A DNA stretch of 64,000 nucleotides from Octopus vulgaris. Lineage: Eukaryota. A program made the position numbers and the translations under genes. A model generated the notes under the pieces. It saw only the letters and a list, made by a program, of their open reading frames with translations, was not told the DNA's origin and did not search any database. Below are positions 28,880 to 44,218 of this stretch, piece by piece. Each line of letters begins with the position of its first letter. The first letter of the stretch is position 1. The stretch covers positions 164,920,001 through 164,984,000 of the forward strand of contig OX597814.1 in assembly GCA_951406725.2 (NCBI GenBank). Direction: 5' to 3'.

Positions 28880-29182
28880 GGAGCAAATAATTCAACAGAA
28901 AATATTTACGAAGATACCATTACATCTATTATTATCTAGGACAGAATAATTAAATTGATAATATGAAAATAACAGAATTAATAATAGAGGTGATTGCAGG
29001 CCCAAAAAAGCATTAAATAGCTGAAGGATTAAAATTTATATTAATGAAATGACATACTGAGTATGTCTACCTGCTGGAAATAATAGTCAAAACTCTTATT
29101 TAAACCGCCGAAAAAATAACGCTGACAATGACTACAGAAATCAACCGTCTCTGAGCATACAGGTTAAGAAAATCATTCGACA
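28880..29182. repeat. Unclassified dispersed repeat (second copy at 47227-47486)
   Basis: GGAGCAAATAATTCAA..GTCAAAACTCTTATTTAAA..AACCGTCT shared. Confidence 0.75.
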
Positions 29183-29262
29183 TACCAATATAGAATCCAC
29201 CTATATACTTTCTAGTATTTGGACTCACGTGGACCGGTTTCTGGACTCAGTATGTTCTTTGA

Positions 29263-29340
<78 letters not shown>

Positions 29341-29795
29341 TGTATGTATGTATGTATGTGCGTATATTCATATATATGTATGTATTTTTGTGTATGCTGT
29401 TAGATGTGCAAAAGAAAGAAAATACAACTCATGTTGTTTGAATAATACCACTTACTAACATATTGACTCGGCTCAACATTACTCTAAGTTTTACTGACAT
29501 GAATAATCAATATCCGGAATCAGTCATAGACACGCTCACACACACACATACACATAGAGACACGCACGCACACACACATGCACATACAGACACGCACGCA
29601 CGCAAAATGCACGCACTCATGCTCTCTTACACATGTATTTGTGTATGTACCCGCTGCATATTGATACATATAGGTGTCTGTGAGTGCGTCAGTATGCGTT
29701 TAAATCCTGAGGCATACGTACATGCATTCATATATGCATATATGTGTGAGTGTATGTATATGTGTATTTATTTGTGTGTGCCGTGTGAGTGTGTG

Positions 29796-29868
<73 letters not shown>

Positions 29869-30891
29869 GCGTAAGTTTAAAGACCCCCTTCCATAATGAA
29901 TGACCATGAGATTGCACCTAGAAAGTTCCTCTTCGAGGCACAAATTCCTTCCTCCACGCCGCAGATGTTATCCATGGCAAAGGATACAGCTTGGCAGCAG
30001 CGACGTCGCAACTCCTTTCTGCAGTTGAATGAGCTAGAACAACGTGAAATGAAGTGTCTTGCTCAAGAACATAGCACACATGATTGTGAGTCCAACGCTC
30101 TAACCAATGATCCATGCGCCTTCACGAGTGTATGGCTCAATGGCAATATACTGTAATGAAAAATTCGGTCAGCGGCTATTTCCTTAGCAATCCGTATGCT
30201 GAATTTTTCCTTTAAGCAAGATACATAACTCAAATGCGATCAGTTTTTTGAAATGTTTGGATAATAAAACTATCCAAACTAAAGATTTCATCTTTAAAAC
30301 CAACATTTGAGAAGAAAGAACAGGTTTTTGCATTATAATGCTCCCTTAGTTAAGTATATTGTATTCAGTTGGAAAGTTTAAGATTGATCGGTATACAGCG
30401 GAAGTCTCTCGTTATGATCACTTTGAAATGAAACCTTTTTCGATAACAATAACTAACAATAACCGGTTGATAACATTAAGCAAGTAATAAGCTGGGATCC
30501 ACTTATGGTTTATAGCATTATCCGTGATTATAATAGGCGACCTACTTCTAAAATATTGAGAAAAATAAAAAGAATATAGTGATGCCGATTTAAAATATCC
30601 ACACTATATCATATAATCAACGGAAAATACAGTTTGGGAACAAAAACTTCCTTTATAAGAATTTGCGTGATCACCCTAGAGAAACGTTACATCTTTTTAT
30701 CTTTTAACCGATTCATTTATTGGACCGCAACCATGCTGGCCCACCTGTGGAAGGGTCTCGTCAAACAAATCGACCCCAGAATTACTTTTAAGTTTGGCAC
30801 TTATTCTATTGGACCCTTTTACCGAACGTCTACATTACGGGTACGATAAAACGGCGGGGCAAGATAAACACAAAGCCGGACATATATACAT

Positions 30892-30975
<84 letters not shown>

Positions 30976-32532
30976 TAATACCTCACTTTACGAGACCCCG
31001 GGTTTAGTAGTTTTATTATATAATATATTTTTCAAGCACAAGATCCAAATTTTAAATGTGCATATGAGTTTCTTTGGGCTTTATCGGTAACAAGCTTCCA
31101 CTGGCAACTACATGCAAATACAAACTGCACCGTTACTGATTTTAAAAAAATAACAATTGGGAAATCAGTCATGTTGCAATTAGCCAAGGTGCTCTGCAGT
31201 GGGAATGAACCTTAAACCTGGTGGTTGCAAAGCGAGCTTCTTAACCATACAGTCGTGCCTATGTTTGGAAAATTGAACTAACCACCCAGCTCACATTCTT
31301 GTGGCATCTCGAGGAAGTCAGTTGCCCCTCTTGTTAGTTTTTAGCAGTTTAACCCCAGATCAAGGATAACTATGATCAAAATCATTCCAGCCATGCACAT
31401 TAGTTTTTCTCCTGGAATTGTGTAATCTGTTGTTTTTTAGTGTCTTACTAGCAAACACACACGTCCTTCGGACGGTTTAAGTTGCTTTGGTGGGGTTTTT
31501 TTTTCACCAAATAATTGAACAATCCAGAAGGCTTATGAGTAGCACAGCAATCTATATTTCCGATTAACCTAGGAACTTTAATGATCATAGAACATAAATG
31601 TTTGCAAGCGATACAAAGCAGAGCTACTGAAGTGTTTTGCGAATAGAATACGGATAATGACTGCAAAATATAGTTGTTTTTCACGAAAGCGAAATCTCTT
31701 GTTAGAAACAGCTACATAATTTGTGTAATGAAATAGAAGACGTTGAAACTTACCCTCTGCGATTTTTTATTTTTTCAACAGCAAAGGGAGCTATTTTTTT
31801 CGGAGAGACAAGCTAACAAAAGCCCCTTTATTCTGTCTTCCCACATAGCCTGCGCATAAACTAACAGCGAAAGCTGCATAAAGTTAAATTGGTATGGAGC
31901 TTTCTGAAAAATACGTATAGCTTTCACCAGTGGAAGCAAAATTCTTATTTAAAGGTTGATTCTTTGGGACGAATTATATATGATTGTTTAAAAAAGGCTA
32001 CAACGACAATGTTAAAAGGTATTTGAAACATTGGACAACAGTCGAAATATCTTAATGGATGGGTAAATTAGCATACTTATAGTGAAACAACGAACTGGCA
32101 GGTAAACAAAAGTATCAACAAATAGAAGAGATAGAAGGGAGCATCACTTTTCAATTAACTCAAAATAGGTAAAAGTAAGATTGCCAAAATTTAATGCAGC
32201 TTAAATATGTTAAACATGTAGATTAAGATTGTTTGGTATTGGATATTCATTGCGCACAATGTTCCTAGTCAATTTAATCACTGTGGCAGGTGGACAGTCG
32301 AAATAAATAGACAAAATCTTTTCGCTTTCGTAAAAAGATTTAAAAAGTAATTAAGACCCTACAGATTATAAAACAGCTGATTAATGTAAACGAATAGGAA
32401 TCGTCTAGTGTCAGTTTCCCATCGCTCTAGAGGCTCCATCGATCTTTAAAATCTAAGTAGCCATGTGTATAAAATTTTAAAGAAATCGGATGAAAGATGT
32501 AGAAGTTATTGAGGTACATTAAATTTTTCTAC

Positions 32533-32563
<31 letters not shown>

Positions 32564-33384
32564 GACACACATAAATATATATCCCTTTTCAAGACTGTAA
32601 GGTGTTATCTGAATGAGTTTTAAGGAATATTTCCAGCAGGCCGAGTAATAGAAAACAAGTTCTTTTTTTCTTTTAACTGACATACGTGACACGAACCAGT
32701 ATTCAGTTGTAGTGAGTTAGGGAGTGTAGGTTTGATAATTATTTTTATTATCCTTGTTTTAATTTTAGATAATGACTTTGATTAAATACGTAGGAGTAAA
32801 AAGAATAAATTATCGCAGCAGCAGGATATGAAATCATGATGGCAAGATGTAGACCTTGAACACAGTGCACTATGTGATCCACCACTCCTATTTCTTCCCA
32901 AACATTTGAATTTAGTTCCTGTTTAAAATGCATTCGCATTCACACGGACTATCACAAGCATTCTCACATTCTCTCTCTCTCTTCCTTTTTTTCCACTTTC
33001 CTTCACACACACTCACATCAATACTTTTGCATATACATAAGCAATCACTTTCTGTCACGTACAAACTCTCACACATACATACACACACACAAATCGCAGA
33101 TATCTTTACACGTACACGTGCGCGCGCGCATGCACGCACGCATACACACACATCTCAATCACTCAGGTAACACCGCCTTAATTTACTTTTCTCCTCATAG
33201 CTTCACTTTTGTTGCGTCCAGTCGGTTCCACCACGAGCTCTTTCGCCAGTCACTGAAAATCAAATGAAAATACATACATATATCTATGCATGCATACATA
33301 CCTAGAAACATAAACACATATTTACATATATACATTCATATATATATACACACACATACATTTATTATACATATAATAATAATA

Positions 33385-33634
33385 AATACGCCCTTTTAAA
33401 GCCTAGCCAGGCTCATGGGCCCGCTTTCCCGGTTTCAATGGTGTATGTGTTCCCTAGCTGGACGAGACGCCAGTCCATCGCAGCGTTACTCATTTTTGCC
33501 AGCTGAGTGGACTGGAGCAACGTGAAATGAAGTGTTTTGCTCAAGAACACAACGCGTCGCCCGGTCCAGGAATCGAAACCATAATCTTACGATCATGATA
33601 CTGACACCCTAACCACTAAGCCACGCGCCTTCAC
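33385..33634 (-). mobile_element. Family C tRNA/CORE-like SINE
   Basis: A/B boxes and GTTCTTGAGCAAAACACTTC segment; TSD TTATTATACATAT; relatives at 29880-30125 and 37318-37651. Confidence 0.85.
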
Positions 33635-34348
33635 TTATTATACATATGTTCAAATGAAAGTCTAAATGCAAACAGTGGGACTCTGCACCAACTCACAGAA
33701 CCTGCTAAGCAATAACGAAAGGGTAAAAATCTAAGGCTTATATACCTGTCAGCTTCTGAACCGGCCATCGGCAGTTTTCGTTCAATGATGTAAAGCAGGC
33801 AGTTCTACTTCAGAGATCAATGCTCGATTAATTGAAGGAAATTCTGAGTCATTGTTTGTATGCAGCTCATATTTGATCCTTCTACTGTTGTCATAATTTA
33901 TAACCAGATGTTTGATAAATAATTTCCTTCCTAGCGGTAGAGCGTGCTAAAAATCGGGAGAAACGTCCAATAGTGTTTCTAGCATTACAGAAATGATAAT
34001 CCACTGCTGTCTTCGCTTCTAGGTAATCTGTCTTACAAAACGACCCTTCTCGTATGCAGCTGTTTAATTGTTTAATCCTGGATATAGGATACACCCATTG
34101 CTACAGTATTTCAAGAAACATGTCTTCAATGTTATTCGCTGATTTTTGGTATTTTGATGATACCATTCGCAGAGAAGACATTGTCTTGTATTTTGAGGAC
34201 CGTACATGACATTTCCAGAAAGTATGACCGGCGATAAAATAACGAAAGCCAGAAATCCGATACTTATTCAAGTGTTTATTGTGCATTGCACAAATATACG
34301 CACAGATGTGCGCGAGTGTATATGTATATGTGAATATATACATATATA

Positions 34349-34577
34349 TTTCTTTACTACCCACAAGGGGCTAAACATAGAGGGGACAAACAAGGACAGA
34401 CGAATGGATTAAGTCGATTACATCGACCCCAGTGCGAAACTGGTACTTAATTTATCGATCCCGAAAGGATGAAAAGCAAAGCCGACCTCGGCGGAATTTG
34501 AACTCAGGACGTAGCGGCGGACGAAATACGGCTACGCATTTCACCGGTGTGCTAACGGTTCTGCCAGCTCGCCGCCT
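34349..34577 (-). mobile_element. Family A SINE
   Basis: Colinear with 27218-27447; TSD TGTGAATATATACATA. Confidence 0.9.
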
Positions 34578-35232
34578 TGTGAATATATACATACAAGCAT
34601 ACACTCTCGTACATAAATATACGCATATAGATGTGAGTATGCATTCTTATGATCATTACATAATCTTCTGCTAGCACATTACTATGTGCATTTATGTACT
34701 GTGATATAGAATTTAATTTAATTTATGACTGAATATATTCAGAAAGTAGTTAAAAATATATGTAGTTGCAATTTTCCCTGCCGTTGAAAACCCGACACGC
34801 TGCGCAAATTATAAAAAAATATATTTTTCCAAAATGCAGTATTATATACATTGTATACATTGTCAGTGAAAGTGGAAGAGAAAAAATATAATGTATTCAC
34901 TTACAAAATTATATTTGCACAATCTGAATTAACACTGTTAAAAACAGAAACCGTAAGCTGTTTCGATGAGGTAAAGATAATAAAAAGAGGTTAGATGTGG
35001 CGGCATGTTTTATGTATTGTCAGTCATTTACTTATTCGTTTCAGCATAACAAGGAAGCCAAGCTAAATGTTTACATTTCCCATCTACTAGTCCGATTTTA
35101 ATTTCGCTGCTTTGAAGTATTTTTACCGTTCTTTTGCTCGTATCATCTCAGGAATGAAAACACGGTGTGTATAAAAAGATAGTATATTATTCTGTGAGCA
35201 TGAATAGCTAGTGACTTCGTTTTTTTCTTTCT

Positions 35233-35436
35233 TTCTTTCTACTATAGGCATATGACCTGAAATTTTGTGAGAGTGGTGTATGCCATTTACATCGACTCAG
35301 TGCTCAAATGGTTCTCAATATATCGATTACGAAAGGATGACTTCAGGTGGAATTTGAACTCAAAGTGTGAAGCCGGAAGAAAAATAAACCTCTGAGCATT
35401 TCGCCCAGCGTGCTAACGATTCTGCCGTCTCGCCCT
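35233..35436 (-). mobile_element. Family A SINE (diverged)
   Basis: Core and tRNA head recognisable. Confidence 0.7.
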
Positions 35437-36385
35437 TCTCTTTGGTAATGGAAACTATAACATAATTATGATAGAAATACCATCTCTGGGAAAGATCGTT
35501 CTAGTTAGATTTTATAAGCGAAGTTTAAATTAACATATCATTTTTGCTTGGAACTGGCCCGCTATATTTGCCGATCTACTTGAAATACACAAGGCGAATA
35601 TTCGCTTACAAAAACCTTTTAAAAGAATGTTCTTTCTTATGACACGAAGAATTATTCTGTTGAAGAAAGAGAACATAATTCTATTGGTCGCATTTTTACA
35701 TCAAATCTGACAATTTGATGTGTTAGAAAACTGTTCTATTGTGATTCCTCTTCGCTCGAGAGAATGCTTTGAAAATACTTCAAGTTTTTTCGTATTGCTA
35801 TTTATATAGCTCTTCCTTATGACACAGAGAATTAAAACAAAAGTATTTTCTCGCTCGACGGGAGAGCTATTTTGCCTAGTGAGCAAGAATGGTCCCTAAA
35901 GTGATACTGAAATTGGTATTTTGGAGGCATGCTGTGGTTATTTATTTTTGTTTCGTATTTAATCCAGCTACTGAAAAAAAAATATTGTTCAGACGTGAAA
36001 ATTGGTTGATATATTGCTCTTTAAAATATACGGGTAGAAAGCAAAATTATATTGATATAGAAAGAGCTAGTTACCGGACTCTCTTTCTCATTTTCTCACA
36101 CACGCTTCCTCCCCTTCACTTTCCTTTTCTTTTCCCTCGCGCCCTTCCTCTCTCTCTCTGCATACATATACACCTACCCATTTAAAACACACACAAACAT
36201 AGACACACCGTACATATGCACGTACACACACATATGTATATGCTAGGTGTATAAAAGGTGAAATACATGGTCAAGTAAAAGTGTTAAACATTTTAATTTG
36301 GTAAATTATATAAGTTAAATGCTAAAGACATTTCTGAACGATATGCGCGCACGCACACACACACACTATATATATATATATATAT

Positions 36386-36615
36386 TTCTTTACTACCCAC
36401 AAGGGGCTAAACATAGAGGGGACAAACAAGGACAGACATAGGTATTAAGTCGATTACATCGACCCCAGTGCGTAACTGGTACTTAATTTATCGACCCCGA
36501 AAGGATGAACGGCAAAGTCAACCTCGGCGGAATTTGAACTCAGAACGTAGCGGCAGACGAAATACGACTACGCATTTCGCCCGGTGTGCTAACGTTTCTG
36601 CCAGCTCGCCGCCTT
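36386..36615 (-). mobile_element. Family A SINE
   Basis: Colinear with 27218-27447. Confidence 0.9.
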
Positions 36616-36674
<59 letters not shown>

Positions 36675-36687
36675 GTTCAAAATGAGT

Positions 36688-36798
<111 letters not shown>

Positions 36799-37048
36799 CG
36801 TGGTAGATGAATATATACACCTGTTGGTAGGTGATGAACTACTTGTTGATGAGTTTAATGTGGTATAGTATATCACATAAAAGGATTTGGAAAGGCAGGT
36901 GGAAACGGCTGGCTGATTATACCTTGAAGCTGACCAAGCGGGTTCACGTAAATATTTCCAAAACAAGGTACTCGGAAGCAATATAGAATAGTGTAGAGAC
37001 TTCTGACCAGTTACTGAAATAGATGCCGAAAGTAAAGCCGAAATAAAA

Positions 37049-37262
37049 TTGGGTTGGTGCATAATTATTGCAGCTTTTTTTCAACAAATTTTATTCAACA
37101 AAAACAATAACAATATTTAACAAAATGGGAAGCAGTAATTGAAGTAGATGGTGAATATGCTCCGGAATAATCATTTAAAGATATTTTTGTTACATGTTGT
37201 TATTGTTTTATGTTGAATGAAATTTGTTGAAAAAAAGCCGCAATAATTATGCACCAACCCAA
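37049..37262 (+). mobile_element. Mariner-derived MITE
   Basis: ~75-bp TIRs starting TTGGGTTGGTGCATAATTATTGC; interior encodes KWEAVIEVDGEYAPE*, resembling mariner transposase C-termini. Confidence 0.85.
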
Positions 37263-37317
37263 TATATATACGTGCACGCGCGCACACACACACACGCACA
37301 CATATATGTATATATAT

Positions 37318-37647
37318 AACTGGCATTCCGTCGGTTACGACGACAAGGGTTCCAGTTGACCGATCAACGGAACAGCCTGTTATTGAAATTAACGTGCACT
37401 CCTCAGAGCTGAGTACTCCGCAGACACGTGTACCCCTAACGTAGTTCTCAGGGAGATTCAGCGTGACACAGAATGTGACAAGGCTGGCCCTTTGAAATAC
37501 AGGTACTACTCATTTTTGCCAGTTGAGTGGACTGGAGCAACATGAAATAAAATGTCTTGCTCAAACAAGGACACAGCGTATCAGCGAGACTTGAACTCAC
37601 GACTTTGCAATCGTGAGTTCAATTCTCTAACCACTAAGGCAAGCGCC

Positions 37648-37651
<4 letters not shown>
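37318..37651 (-). mobile_element. Family C-related SINE with a different 3' body
   Basis: TACTCATTTTTGCCAG.TGAGTGGACTGGAGCAAC shared with 33488-33521. Confidence 0.75.
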
Positions 37652-37680
<29 letters not shown>

Positions 37681-37959
37681 ACATACACTCAGACACACTA
37701 TATATGTATGTGTGAAGAAGAAGAAGAAGAAGAAGAAGAAGAAGAAGAAGAAGAAGAAGAAGAAGAAGAAGAAGAAGAAGAAGAAGAAGAAGAAGAAGAC
37801 GAAGAAGAAGAAGAAGAAGAAGAAGAAGAAGAAGAAGAAGAAGAAGAAGAAGAAGAAGAAGAAGAAGAAGAAGAAGAAGAAGAAGAAGAAGAAGAAGAAG
37901 AAGAGCATTATCGCTGTGAAAACAACATCCATTCATGAATTTATTTATTTATTTATTTA

Positions 37960-38091
37960 AAAAATTTTTGAATACATATTTTACCTATGAATTTGCGTGT
38001 GTAATCTGGGAATGCATACAATGAGCTTTTCCGCCCTAGGTGTACGGAAAACACTCGGCGAGAAAAGGAAGAAAATTTGAAGAAAGAAGGA
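37960..38091 (+). mobile_element. Dong/R4-like 3' UTR-only fragment
   Basis: GCCCTAGG..ACACTCGGC..AAATTTGAA similar to 24930-25000; ends at (AAT)n. Confidence 0.7.
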
Positions 38092-38163
<72 letters not shown>

Positions 38164-40352
38164 CTCGCTGCATCTCTGTCTGATGTCATTCAGAACCCAG
38201 AGCAAATACCTGCTTGGCTGACTGAAGGAACCACCTACCTATTACCTAAAACCGAAGACACAAAAAACCCAAAGAATTACCGGCCAATAACATGTCTCAA
38301 CACCACCTACAAAATCCTCACATCCATAATAACGGAGAGAATGTACGCTTTCCTTGAACAAAATTCTATCCTTCCACAAGCTCAAAAAGGTTGTAAAAGA
38401 AACTCTTATGGGTGCAAAGACCAATTGCTCATAAACAGAATGATTGTAGAGAATTGCCGGAGCAAAAACAAAAACCTGAGTATGGCATGGATAGACTACA
38501 GGAAAGCGTATGACAGTGTCCCACATAAATGGATACTCAAGGCCCTTGAGATATACAAGATCTCTCCTGTCGTCTCAAAATTCTTAGAGAATAGCATGAA
38601 CATGTGGAACACACGTCTCTTTCTAAGCCATAGTAATGGGATGAGCCAGTCCAACAGCATCAACATCAAACGAGGCATCTTTCAAGGTGACTCCCTCTCT
38701 CCATTACTTTTTTGCATGGCACTGATCCCACTCTCAAACGAATTGGATAGTACCAGATATGGGTACAAAGTTTTTAGTAAGTTAATAAACCACCTTTTCT
38801 ATATGGACGACCTAAAGCTGTTTGCCAGGAATGACCAAGAGCTAGAAGGGCTGCTAACAACTGTTAAAGAGTTTAGCAATGATATCGGAATGGATTTTGG
38901 CCTTGATAAGTGTGCTAAAGCAGCTTTTGTAAGAGGCAAGCTCAGGCAAACAGCTTCTGTTAAATTAGATATTGACACTACCATCAAGGAACTTGACCCA
39001 CAAGAAAGTTACAAATACCTAGGAATCAACGAAGGAGATGGTATACATCATGCTACTATGAAGGAAAAAATAAGAAAGGAATACTATAGGAGAATAAGGC
39101 TTGTACTGAAGACTGAACTCAACTCCAAAAATTGCATTGAGGCCATTAACACCCTGGCACTTCCAGTAGTCCAGTACAGTTTTAACATTATTAACTGGAA
39201 CCTTACGGAACTCCAACGCTTGGACAGGAAGACAAGAAAGTTACTGACATCCAAGAGCATGCACCACCCTAAGGCAGATGTAGACCGCTTGTACCTACCT
39301 AGAAGCAGCGGGGGAGACGAATGATGCAATTAGAGCTGTGCTATAAGACCTCTACTGTAGGAATGAACAGGTACCTATCTAGTACAAAGGACTGGATGCT
39401 GCGACTTGTGTGCGAACACGAAAGCAGCAAAAAGCTGCATTCTATTGTCAAGGAAGCTTATAAGTTCGAAAGGGAACTAGACATTAACCTTGAATCAGAT
39501 GAAGAGCCGGAAACCACTGCTACCAAGCAAGCAAAGCGAATCAAGCAGACTGCAAAAAAGAACGGGCAGAATCAAATTGAGAGGCGGTGGAGCCAGAAGC
39601 CCCTGCATGGACAATATATTCTCCGAAGCCAAAATGCTGATGTAGACCAAGCAACAACCCATCAGTGGCTGAAGAGCTCTGGATTGAAAGCAGAGACTGA
39701 AGGCTTCATAATGGCAGCACAAGATCAAAGCTTGTTTACCAGAAATTACCAGGCTAACGTTCTCCGAAACGGTCCTGACCCTAAATGCAGATTCTGTGAC
39801 ACATTTGACGAAACAATAGACCATCTCGTTTCGGGATGTCCTGTGCTGACACCAAACGAATACAAAAATCGCCACGATAGGGTAGGACAGTATATACATT
39901 GGAAGATATGTAAACACTACAAATCCGACACTCCTGCTAACTGGTATGAACACCATCCTCAGCCAGTTGTTGAAGGTAAAGATGTCACCATCCTCTGGGA
40001 TTTTCCAGTCAACACTGACAGAACGATAAAGGCTAATCGACCAGACATAATTGTTAAAGACAGGGAAGAAAATACCTGCAGACTAATAGAAGTAAGCGTC
40101 CCCACTGATGAAAATGTATCTGTCAAGGAATTTGACAAACTTAGTAAATATAAGGACCTGGAAATCGAAATACAGAGGATGTGGAATATTAAAACAAAAA
40201 CTGTTCCTGTTATTGTAGGTGCCCTAGGTATGATAAAAAAGGGATGTCAGAAACACCTAGACAATATCCCTGGAAAACCATGTCTCAAGGAAATCCAAAA
40301 GATTGTGCTAACAAGTACTGCCCACATCCTTAGAAAAACCCTATCAATGTAA
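38164..40352 (+). pseudogene. RT-RLE polyprotein, truncated, with one frameshift near 39316
   Basis: NYRPITCL, DYRKAYDSV, GIFQGDSLSP, FYMDD, YKYLG, CRFC..H..C, RHD, RPDII, KLSKY. Confidence 0.92.
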
Positions 40353-40506
40353 ATGTTTGTGTTTGCATTACATGGAGATATATCTCTACTTCCCCTCCCC
40401 AAGCTTTCAGCTATATTTCAACAACTCTTAACCTTCACTTGCCCTAGGCCGCTGGGTGTGCCCCGGCAAGTGATTGCATCAAACATGCAGATTAAAAGTA
40501 AATGAC
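38164..40506 (+). mobile_element. 5'-truncated Dong/R4-clade RLE non-LTR retrotransposon in (TAA)n
   Basis: RT, CCHC knuckle and restriction-like endonuclease; (AAT)n on both sides, matching the known TAA-repeat preference of Dong. Confidence 0.92.
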
Positions 40507-41162
<656 letters not shown>

Positions 41163-42931
41163 GTCAGGGTACGATTGGTACCTGTTTGCTTGAAAGAAGA
41201 GTTAAAACCCTCGAAAACAACGCATCTCTCACTATATGTAAACACGCACGGAGAATAAAGCAAATATATTTCTCCGAAGCAGTCCTCCCACTTGTAAGAT
41301 ACATATAGTAAAATACAAATAAGATCATAGACATCCTAGTATCAATTGATTTCGTTTTCTGTGTTAAACCAACGCTTAAAGCTCATCAGCCAGACTACAT
41401 AAATTATTTATTCATTCTAATGATTTAAGAAATAGAGCATTGTAAAATATATAATTGACTGAAATAAATGCTGGGATTTATATGCTCGACTAATGACCTC
41501 TGATAGCAGTGCTCCAGTATGGTCACATTCCAATGCCTGAAAGCAGTAAAAATGCGTAAATACAACAAAAGAAAAAGAATACAAATGTTTATGTGCATGT
41601 GTTTGTGTGTGGGTGTGTGCATGCCTGCATGTGTGTACACGTGAGATTTCAACTGAAGATTATAACAATATACTGTAATGGATAAAAGTTAAGTAGTAAC
41701 AAGTAAGACTGATATTAATATTTGTTTGGATAAATTCTCGTGTGACTTACAAAAATAAAGAGCAGTTATTCCACTAATTTTTACAACTGATCTGTCGGTT
41801 TGTCCTAAAGCTTGGTATCCTGTTTCTTACTAGCAAACAAATATACTGAGTAAGGACGAAATGATGGAGTATCTTATATATAAACGATGTATAAACTATG
41901 ACATTAATAAACTTCTGATATATTCTTTGGATTGTTTTATATTTTCAATATGAGAGTTGGTAGTTGTGCTTATGAGAACATAAGTATTAGTCGTGATAGA
42001 TGGATGGATGTAGGGAGAGGTGGTAGATTTCATTTCAGTATAACATAGGGATTTCTGTTGGTTTTCCCTTTAATTTTGTGTGCGTACGTACGCCCGCACG
42101 TGTGTATGTGTGTGTGTTTAATTTGCGTTCCAATTTACGTAAGCCATTCGTTCTCGGACAGACGACAATACTAACATTTCACACCAAACAAAATAAACAT
42201 AAACTGAATAAAGTGCTGCATATTATATACATTACAACAAAGCAAATATTTTTTCTTGCTTTAATCGGTGTGTTGTTTCGTACCACAGGATTGTTCTGGC
42301 CTAGATTTCAGTAGTGAATATTATATGGCATTTTTCGTTTTAAATATAGTTTTTGTTTATTTGAACATTTGAACATCAGAATGTTTCTTATCATATCGTT
42401 GGCTGAATGGGTCTTAAAATCTAAATATTATACTGTTACGAAAGACCGTTTTTTCAATCATCTACTGACATAAAATTGCTAACACTCACACAGTAAAGAG
42501 CAATATTTCTTTTAGTCAACTAGACTGATGTCACTAGAAATAAAAAGAAAAAGCAAGCCTTGTGAATATGGGTAACCGATTACTGGAGAACTCATTGTGT
42601 TCAATGTTTTGAGACACATTACCAATGCGGTAATAACTTAGGGGAAGGAAAGTACTTTCTTCGAACTCTTCAGTGGTTATTAATTAAATGATCTGAATGG
42701 AAAACGATGGTTGAAAAGGTCGCTAACGAAATCAAAATGCTTCATGAATGCAGGCATGGCTATGCGGTAAAGTGGTTCGTTTCACAACCACTGTGCCTTG
42801 TATTGGATACCATAGCGTGATAGCTTGTACAAGTGTCTTTCTTCTCCTACACCCACGTGTTAAGCAATAATTTAAGAAAGAAATTCAGTTGATAGAAAGA
42901 GTGAGCAAACTTGGCATTCTTAAATACATAC

Positions 42932-42963
<32 letters not shown>

Positions 42964-42997
42964 CTATACGTCTATATCTATATCTATCTATCTTTAT

Positions 42998-43077
<80 letters not shown>

Positions 43078-43153
43078 ATAAATCAAATGGTATGCACCTG
43101 GTAGTTTACCGGTAAAGCATAGTCATCTTCAGTATTTGTCTCTCTCATTAACC

Positions 43154-43185
<32 letters not shown>

Positions 43186-43256
43186 ATATATGTGTATGCT
43201 GGACTACTGGTTTTAAATTGATATTAAAATTAATATTAATTTATCTCCCTCATTAT

Positions 43257-43372
<116 letters not shown>

Positions 43373-43438
43373 CATACATACATACATACATACATACATA
43401 CATGCATACAAAATATTTGATTTTTATTTATGTATGTG

Positions 43439-43493
<55 letters not shown>

Positions 43494-43544
43494 TTATTTG
43501 GTTGACGTTTCTTGTTCCTGGGTATATATATATATGCACAAAAT

Positions 43545-44112
43545 ACCTGATGCATAAAAGGGACAGAGAAGTAGAAAAAGCAGTAAAATGTGATAACTGA
43601 TGTAGACTTTGTGGAGTTAACACCAAAGATTTCATCCGCATCATAAGCAGTTGTTCGAAAATGTTATCGTGGTATTATCACCCGATTGAGATATGATGTA
43701 GCTCGGTCACTGTATAATGAGATCTGTCGGAAAGAAAACCCCGAGGCCAAAGAAATAAGAACCTACAGTATCGTAGGATCCATAGCCACTCACAATAAAA
43801 AGAAGTACTGGTGGAATGTCACAGTGAAAACCTTAATAAAATGTACACTAAATTAATGACATAGTAATTTGGGATACAGAAGAGAAACAGTTGCGAAAAT
43901 CAGCTTCCCAGCGCATGTTAACATATAACTAAAGATGAACGAAAAAGAAAATACCTACGCTGAACAAATGAGGAATCTACAGGTACTCTATCCAAATTAC
44001 AAATTCAGGTTTATACCTGTAATTATTAGGGCACGGGGTTATGTAACATACTGTCTAAATATCAGTCTTAAGAAATTAGGCTTCTCAAATCCAGAAAGGA
44101 GAAAGCCGATTA
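43545..44112 (+). pseudogene. Decayed RLE retrotransposon C-terminal fragment
   Basis: CRLC..IISSC knuckle remnant, YWWNV, DIVIWD, FIPVII. Confidence 0.7.
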
Positions 44113-44168
44113 TATTCATGAGTATACATACAAAAAACAACACATACAAATCGGTACATATTTATACA

Positions 44169-44218
<50 letters not shown>

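Noticed and set aside
29225-29255. Hammerhead around minus-strand GAAACCGGTC
   Set aside because: No complete CUGANGA core or stems I/II
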